A stretch of DNA of 32,000 nucleotides. Source: an uncultured Nitrospira sp. Its GTDB lineage: Bacteria > Nitrospirota > Nitrospiria > Nitrospirales > Nitrospiraceae. Location: contig CAYZTJ010000004.1 of NCBI GenBank assembly GCA_964481215.1, forward strand, positions 36,202-68,201, written 5' to 3'. Positions within the stretch are counted from its first letter, which is position 1; every line of letters begins with the position of its first letter. Under the pieces are notes generated by a model that was not told where the DNA came from, did not search any database, and saw nothing but the letters and a program-made list of their open reading frames with translations. Below are positions 27,048 to 32,000 of the stretch, piece by piece. The position numbers were made by a program, and so were the translations under genes.

Positions 27048-27244
27048 GGGCGCCTCCTTTCGTCCTGGCTACGGCTGCTTTCTTAGCAGGTAGGTGGCAC
27101 ACCCAATTCATGGGAGGGTCAAGTTTCAGTAACGACGGGTGGCAGGTTGGCGCGGTTGTTGAACTGGGGGCTCGAGTGAAAAAAGTTAACGAATCTGTAA
27201 CAACGGCTTGTCGCGGATGTAATCAGGGTGGGGGACGATGTGTT

Positions 27245-27631
27245 GTGATTTACTGTTGTCCTCTCAGACGGTTCCTCTGCGTGTTCCTCCTTCTCGTTCT
27301 GGCTGCAGCCGGCTGTACGAGCCCTCATCAGTACATCGAGATCACGTGCGCGAAGTTGGCAGGGGATACGATGGTGGATCGAGAGGCGGCGATTCAGTGT
27401 CAAACGTTCAAGCAAACGGAAGCGGCGACAGCAGCCTATAACGAAGCCACGTTGCTGCTGAGATCGTATCGAGCTTGCCTGGAAAAGTACGAGGCGACAC
27501 CGGCGCGGGCCAAGGAATACTGCGCGCAGTATCCCAAGGCGTTGCAGGATATCGGCCTGCAAGTGAAGGAGCCGATCGAGCCTGCCGCCACGAGCGCAGC
27601 TCGGAGAGATAGTCCGTCGACGAGACGTTAA
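27245..27631 (+). CDS. Small lipoprotein of unknown function
   Basis: Lipobox LAAAGC after a hydrophobic stretch (FLCVFLLLVLAAAGC). The start is uncertain; GTG 27245 was chosen. Confidence 0.45.
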   Translation: MIYCCPLRRFLCVFLLLVLAAAGCTSPHQYIEITCAKLAGDTMVDREAAIQCQTFKQTEAATAAYNEATLLLRSYRACLEKYEATPARAKEYCAQYPKALQDIGLQVKEPIEPAATSAARRDSPSTRR

Positions 27632-27644
27632 TCCCTGTCTTCCC

Positions 27645-27863
27645 TCACACAGGTTCGATTGCTTCCGTGAGGGGCGTATCGCCCCACACTCCTTCCTCTT
27701 CGATCGGATCAGTGGTGACGACGCCGATACGATTTCGCAGGATTACGCCGTCCATCAAATCTCCGCAGATCACGCAACGCCACCCGACGGCGTGAATGTC
27801 CACGTCCCGGAACTCTTCGGAGATGACGAGTCCACCGCATCGCCAGCATCCGGTCGTCGCCAT
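27645..27863 (-). CDS. 72-aa zinc-ribbon protein, acidic tail; paralogue of 26351-26566
   Basis: AAGGAGGTG (27868-27876) lies before ATG 27863. Product MATTGCWRCGGLVISEEFRDVDIHAVGWRCVICGDLMDGVILRNR... Confidence 0.6.
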   Translation of the reverse strand: MATTGCWRCGGLVISEEFRDVDIHAVGWRCVICGDLMDGVILRNRIGVVTTDPIEEEGVWGDTPLTEAIEPV

Positions 27864-28179
27864 GAACCACCTCCTTGCTCGCAAGAAATTGTCGGTGGAC
27901 ACCACAATGTACGCACCACGGTAACAGCGTGGCGTTACGAACAAAGAAATCTGAGGTTAAGAACACGCAAAGTGTCTTGCCGTGTGGGACAGGGAGTAGT
28001 GGGAGCGGATCGATTGCTCAATGGATTGCGACATGTCGGTACCGTCTTTCCCAACATGGAGAAAGACGTACTTAAGGTGAACACATAGTCAGCAGAACAT
28101 TTGGTAACAGGGCGACTGTAATGTCGTGCTGATAAGATCTAGACCTCGACCGATACGATCCAACATAGAGGAGTTCAAG

Positions 28180-28883
28180 GTGAAACGGTTGCTCCAGAGT
28201 TCGAGAGGAATACTCGCCGGCGTACTCTCAATGCTATTGGAGATCTTGGCGCCGAATCCGGCTACCGCGGCTCTTGTCACTTATTCGTTTGAGGGCACAT
28301 TGCTGCAAATTGATGCTCCACTTTCGGGTATTTGGAGTGCCGGACAGGCCTTTTCGGGGTACTGCTCTTTTGAATCGAGCACGGGGGATTCCATTGCTCT
28401 TTCAGGTATGGAAGCACTGTATGAGCGATCCCTCAGGATATCCGAGCTATGATCGGTTCCTACCATATCACCAGTGGGGTCCCGGCGCAGATTGGCGGGC
28501 TGGGAAGCATTCGGATCAACAACAATGGTATTGCAGCTCTTGATTATTATCGCGTCGATATCATGACGTACGGAGCACCCATCGGGTCCCTAATGCCCCT
28601 ACTTGCTCTTGTCGATTTAACTGACCAGGCTGGCACGGCCTTGACCAGCAAGGCCCTCACCTCGGAGCCTCCCGTACTGTCGGCCTTTGCTCACCGAACC
28701 ATGACTTTCCAGTTCTCAGGTTTCAATCCAGGTAGCGGTGAGTTCCTTCAAGCCAATGCTGTAGGACAGCTTACGTCATTGGCCGCCGTTCCCATACCCG
28801 CTGGGGCAGTACTGTTCGGATGGGGACTTATCGGCCTGACGGGGTATCGGCGACGGAATTCCCGCAGTCAGAGTGGATTCTAG
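28180..28883 (+). pseudogene. PEP-CTERM-anchored secreted protein gene split into two frames (28180-28452 and 28449-28883)
   Basis: The first ORF (GAGGAG + GTG 28180) carries the signal peptide (GILAGVLSMLLEILAPNPATAA). The second has none but ends in the sorting signal VPIPAGAVLFGWGLIGLTGYRRRNSR. The second frame is open from 28425. Confidence 0.55.
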
Positions 28884-29218
28884 GGCCGGTTTCTCTCGGG
28901 TTTGGATTTGGTGTCCATCAGAGGTCTGCAGTCTAGGCGGTTCCACTGCTGGATCTTCTCCTGCTGATCGAACATGATGATGTAAGAAGCGCACTCAGTT
29001 TCTTTTCCTTGAAAGTCGTATTCCCACACCTGTCCGCCCTGCTTCGTCCGCTTCAGCCGTTGCGGGTAGCCGAACTTGGTGATGAGCTCCTCCTGTGTCG
29101 CCTGCTCCAATGAATCTTCCAGGTATTCGACTCGATAGGGTGAGGAGCAGGCCTGGAGCAGCGCCAACAAGCCGACGAGGCTGACGATGAAGGGGACGCA
29201 GCGCGACGGTTTCTCCAT
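28880..29218 (-). CDS. Small lipoprotein downstream of olsA
   Basis: ATG 29218 gives MEKPSRCVPFIVSLVGLLALLQAC (lipobox LLQAC). Stop overlaps the PEP-CTERM gene stop at a shared CTAG. Confidence 0.55.
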   Translation of the reverse strand: MEKPSRCVPFIVSLVGLLALLQACSSPYRVEYLEDSLEQATQEELITKFGYPQRLKRTKQGGQVWEYDFQGKETECASYIIMFDQQEKIQQWNRLDCRPLMDTKSKPERNRP

Positions 29219-29250
29219 GCCGTCGAGGATGCCGAAAATCTCGGCCCAAT

Positions 29251-30084
29251 TCAAGCTGTCGTGATCGGTTGGCCAGGCCAATCCAGTGACGGATCGGCAT
29301 AGGGAGGATCCGTGAAGGGAGGCTGCGCCGTATCGCACAGCCTTGACAGAATCGCGAAGCGAGCCGTCTCGGAAAGCTGATGGCGATCAGCGCGTGATCC
29401 TTCGAGCGGCTCGGCAAAATGCAGTTCCAGCAGGATCGTGGGCTGGCTCATGACCCGCCACATCGAGGCCACGAGCGATTGATCTCCGACGAAGGCGGCA
29501 ATGTCCGTCACCCGGCCGAAGGAGTTTCTGAACCGGAGTGCGACGGGCCAGACGATCGCCTCGCCACTGACGGCAGGCTCAAGCAAGCCTGAATGGAAGT
29601 GCAGCACGGAGCGCCCATTCGACGTGGTGCCTTCCGGAAAGACGGCCACGCATTGTCCACGAGCCAAGGCCGTACGGACTGACCGGTTCGCGCGCACCAA
29701 TTGCCGAGGACGGTCTCGATCGAGAAATATCGTTCCGGTCTTTGCGGCAAGCCAACCGATGATCGGCCAATTTCTCACTTCGGATTTAGCGACGAAGCGG
29801 ACCCGCTTGACGGCGTTGATGGCGAGAATATCGATCCACGAAACGTGATTCGCGACGATCAGGATCGAAGAAGTCCATTGAGTTGGGATCTCGCCGGTCA
29901 CCCGAACACGCACGTTGAGGAAACGCAGCGCGTCATGGCACCAGCGGGAAATCACGCGGTCCCGGTCACTGGGTTTCATATAGGGAAACAGGACCGCCAC
30001 GGTCATGACGCCCTTGGCGATGTGCCGGAGGAGCTGGAGTCCACGAACGAGTGCCGTCAGGCTGCGGTGGATTCGGTCAAACAT
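29251..30084 (-). CDS. olsA: PlsC-family lyso-ornithine-lipid O-acyltransferase
   Basis: Acyltransferase motifs NHVSWID (HX4D) and FPEGTTS. Immediately downstream of, and overlapping, the olsB-like gene. Confidence 0.7.
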   Translation of the reverse strand: MFDRIHRSLTALVRGLQLLRHIAKGVMTVAVLFPYMKPSDRDRVISRWCHDALRFLNVRVRVTGEIPTQWTSSILIVANHVSWIDILAINAVKRVRFVAKSEVRNWPIIGWLAAKTGTIFLDRDRPRQLVRANRSVRTALARGQCVAVFPEGTTSNGRSVLHFHSGLLEPAVSGEAIVWPVALRFRNSFGRVTDIAAFVGDQSLVASMWRVMSQPTILLELHFAEPLEGSRADRHQLSETARFAILSRLCDTAQPPFTDPPYADPSLDWPGQPITTA

Positions 30085-30833
30085 GGTCGCCCCATGAAAT
30101 GGCGCGCATAGCGCGGATTCATCTGTGCCAGCGGCAGCAGCATCAGTAGGTCCGCCGAATTAAATTCGCGATCCCAGGCAGGGTCCCCGCATACGTACGC
30201 GCCGAGCCGCACATACCCTTTGATGAGCGGCGGCAGGGGTGTCCGGAGGCTAGAGGGACGGTCTGCGAGAGGGAAGGGATGCCTGGGATATACACGCCAG
30301 TGGTCTGGGCTGAGGGCGCGTCCTTTCAACCCATGATAGGTCGACCTGGCGATTTCGCCGCCGTCATCGAGCTGGATGCTCGCGCAACCCATCAGATACT
30401 CCAGTCCTCGGGCCATCATGAACTGGGCCAATCCGGCCCATAGGAGTGTAATGACGGGTCCCTGGCGATAGCCTTGCCGAATACAAGAGCGGCCGACTTC
30501 GACCAGATGCGGGAACAGCGGCTTCAAGTTGCGCAGATCGAATTCCGATTCGGAATAAAACGAGCCGCACTCCCGGGCTTTCCCATGCGTGAGGATGCGA
30601 TAGGTTCCCACGACTTCTTCACGGTCCGAATCCCGCACGATCAGGTGGTCGCAGAATTCGTCGAACTCGTCGCGATCGATTCCTACATCCTTTGACTCAA
30701 GGCGGGCCCCGCACTCCAGAGCGAAGACCTCGTAGCGGAGTCGCTGGGCGGCGTAGATCTCATCATTGGTTTTGGCGAGCGACACTGAAAGGTTCGTCGC
30801 CGGCATAGTCAGTTGCTCGCGGTGCTGGTCCAT
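30057..30833 (-). CDS. olsB: GNAT-type ornithine N-acyltransferase (ornithine lipid synthesis, first step)
   Basis: AAAGGAGGAG lies before ATG 30833. EIYAAQRLRYEVFALE...VVGTYRIL...SESEFDL...LVEVGRSCI...LWAGLAQF is the OlsB/hemolysin-like N-acyltransferase pattern, paired with a PlsC-type gene. Confidence 0.7.
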   Translation of the reverse strand: MDQHREQLTMPATNLSVSLAKTNDEIYAAQRLRYEVFALECGARLESKDVGIDRDEFDEFCDHLIVRDSDREEVVGTYRILTHGKARECGSFYSESEFDLRNLKPLFPHLVEVGRSCIRQGYRQGPVITLLWAGLAQFMMARGLEYLMGCASIQLDDGGEIARSTYHGLKGRALSPDHWRVYPRHPFPLADRPSSLRTPLPPLIKGYVRLGAYVCGDPAWDREFNSADLLMLLPLAQMNPRYARHFMGRPCLTESTAA

Positions 30834-30885
30834 GGGCTCCTCCTTTCAAGGGATCGAGACCTCTAGGAAAGAGCGTGGCAAGCCT

Positions 30886-30932
30886 CTGTAACTGGCAGGT
30901 AAACTCTCGATGTTCTCGGTGTAAACTCTCGA
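30886..30932. promoter_or_regulatory. Phased direct repeats upstream of olsB: CTGTAACT, then GTAAACTCTCGA twice
   Basis: GTAACT 30888, GTAAACTCTCGA 30899-30910 and 30921-30932 (offsets +11 and +22). Lies 55-100 nt upstream of olsB ATG 30833. Confidence 0.4.
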
Positions 30933-30958
30933 GGCGTCTCTACTGGTAAGGGTTGGTG

Positions 30959-30986
30959 CCGGATGCGGAAGTTCGTCCGCATTCGG
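30959..30986 (-). terminator. Hairpin just after the response-regulator stop codon
   Basis: CCGGATGCGGA-agttcg-TCCGCATTCGG: 11-bp stem with one G-U pair, 37 nt downstream of the regulator stop (31023). No U-tract. Confidence 0.35.
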
Positions 30987-31022
30987 AGGCAGATGCAGCC
31001 GGATGTTGCCAGCTATCGAAGG

Positions 31023-31730
31023 TTAGATGGCGGACTGATGCTCCTTGAGCTTGTAGCCGAGCGATTTCACCGACAGGATCACATCGTTCAAGACAGGCAG
31101 CTTCTGCTTAATTCTCCGAACGTGGACGTCCACGGTTCTCGTTGTTCCGTGATAATCGTATCCCCATACGCTGTTCAACAGCACATCGCGGGTCAGGACC
31201 CGCCCGGCATTCCGCAGCAAGTGCTCCAACAGCCCGAACTCTTTAGCCGTCAAACTCACCTCACGACCGTTGATCGTTACTTCATGGCGGGAGAGATCGA
31301 GACTGAGGGAGCCATAGCGATAGACGGCGACTTCACGTTCGGTAGATCGGTCGAGCCTGCGAAGCAGCGCCTTGACGCGGGCCACGAGTCCCCGAGGGCT
31401 GAATGGTTTTGTGACATAATCATCGGCCCCCAGCTCGAGGCCGACGACGGTGTCGGATTCCTCGGTTTTTGCGGTCAGCATGATAATCGGCAGCATGGCG
31501 GTTTGAGGGGCTAAGCGGACTTTCTTGCAAACCTCCAGTCCGTCGATCTCTGGGAGCATCAAGTCCAAGATTACGAGGTCTGGGTGCTCAGAACGGATTT
31601 GACGCAGCGCTTCGATGCCGTTCGACGCCGTAAGAGTCCTGAACCCTTCCTTCTCGAGGTACAACTTGACCAATTGAAGAATATCCCGTTCATCTTCAAC
31701 GATCAGAACTTTCTTACTCGTAGTCACCAT
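31023..31730 (-). CDS. Canonical OmpR/PhoB-family response regulator
   Basis: GAGGAGAG lies before ATG 31730. Receiver with all conserved residues (LIVEDE, VILDLMLP, IIMLTAK, YVTKPF) and wHTH (LTAKEFGLLEHLLRNAGRVLTRDVLL...VHVRRIKQKL). No histidine kinase in the window. Confidence 0.85.
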   Translation of the reverse strand: MVTTSKKVLIVEDERDILQLVKLYLEKEGFRTLTASNGIEALRQIRSEHPDLVILDLMLPEIDGLEVCKKVRLAPQTAMLPIIMLTAKTEESDTVVGLELGADDYVTKPFSPRGLVARVKALLRRLDRSTEREVAVYRYGSLSLDLSRHEVTINGREVSLTAKEFGLLEHLLRNAGRVLTRDVLLNSVWGYDYHGTTRTVDVHVRRIKQKLPVLNDVILSVKSLGYKLKEHQSAI

Positions 31731-31807
31731 GGTCTCTCCTCTTAAGAGCTGGGTCACGTCGAGGGATCATCTTTTGCAGACATTATCCAAACCAAAGCTG
31801 CGAAGGC

Positions 31808-31842
31808 GTTACGGATTTGTTAACCCGCTGTAAACTTACGAG
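31808..31842. promoter_or_regulatory. Three hexamers GTTACG / GTTAAC / GTAAAC at exact 11-bp spacing upstream of the PhoB-like regulator gene
   Basis: GTTACG 31808, GTTAAC 31819, GTAAAC 31830, followed by TTACGAG 31836-31842. Shares GTTAACC, GTAAACT and TACGAG with the porin upstream region (4561-4582). Confidence 0.4.
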
Positions 31843-31895
31843 TCTGGTGGTCGGGAAATGGATAAGTCAAAGTGTTCTAGCCGAAGACTGAGGTT

Positions 31896-32000
31896 TTACG
31901 AAGGAAGCTCGGCGAGCCGGAGGGTGTAGAGGTAGTGGTAGAGCCCACGGCGCTCCATGAGTTCCGCGTGGGTGCCGCTTTCGGCGAGGCGACCCTGGTT
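31896..32000 (-). CDS. 3' end of an ABC exporter ATP-binding/permease gene (rest outside the window)
   Basis: Minus-strand reading from nt 32000: NQGRLAESGTHAELMERRGLYHYLYTLRLAELPS-stop (TAA = complement of 31896-31898), a typical ABC ATPase C-terminus. Confidence 0.55.
   Translation of the reverse strand, partial: NQGRLAESGTHAELMERRGLYHYLYTLRLAELPS

Noticed and set aside
27095-27110. Sigma-54-like TGGCAC-N5-ATTCA upstream of the 27245 lipoprotein gene
   Set aside because: The -12 element lacks the conserved TTGC (GC dinucleotide absent), and no enhancer-binding protein is nearby.
28880-28883. Convergent genes sharing a CTAG at their stop codons
   Set aside because: A simple 4-nt overlap of TAG stops on opposite strands, with no evidence of function.
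1-32000. Search for tRNA/rRNA genes, CRISPR arrays, IS elements, integrases, or toxin-antitoxin and defence systems
   Set aside because: I saw no cloverleaf-like conserved tRNA arms, no regularly spaced repeats of at least 20 nt, and no transposase or integrase-like ORFs. Absence is by eye only.

Overview
GC-rich (roughly 60%), densely coding chromosomal segment of a diderm bacterium; gene content is compatible with a Nitrospira-like organism, but that is only a guess. I saw no rRNA, tRNA, CRISPR array, transposase or integrase. The 5' end (1-4388) is an exopolysaccharide / PEP-CTERM-type export locus: a beta-barrel OMP fragment, a Wzz-like co-polymerase, a separate BY-kinase-like ATPase and an ExeA-like AAA+TPR ATPase. 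Most of the rest reads like a dispersed phosphate-starvation (Pho-type) neighbourhood. It holds a porin O/P-like gene, a CHAD-PstS-lipoprotein operon, an atypical OmpR-family regulator and mgsA overlapping an Agt-like GT4 glycosyltransferase. It also holds a PlcP/LpxH-family metallophosphoesterase operon, a secreted DUF839/PhoX-like propeller, and olsB-olsA ornithine-lipid genes behind a canonical PhoB-like regulator. Many of these promoters carry GTAAAC / GTAACA / GTTAAC / TTAACA-type hexamers on an 11-bp register, a candidate Pho-box-like motif. Items most worth follow-up: (1) the operon of a PlcP-like esterase, a membrane-anchored HemL-like PLP enzyme fused to a DUF962/Mpo1-like domain, and a PEMT-like methyltransferase, which may be an undescribed phosphorus-free lipid pathway. 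(2) A DksA gene translationally coupled to a 72-aa zinc-ribbon protein, with a 50%-identical paralogue 1.1 kb away. (3) A small secreted protein split exactly at a canonical -1 slippery heptamer G_GGA_AAA. (4) A PEP-CTERM protein gene split by a frameshift. All functional calls rest on motif recognition by eye; no database search was possible.
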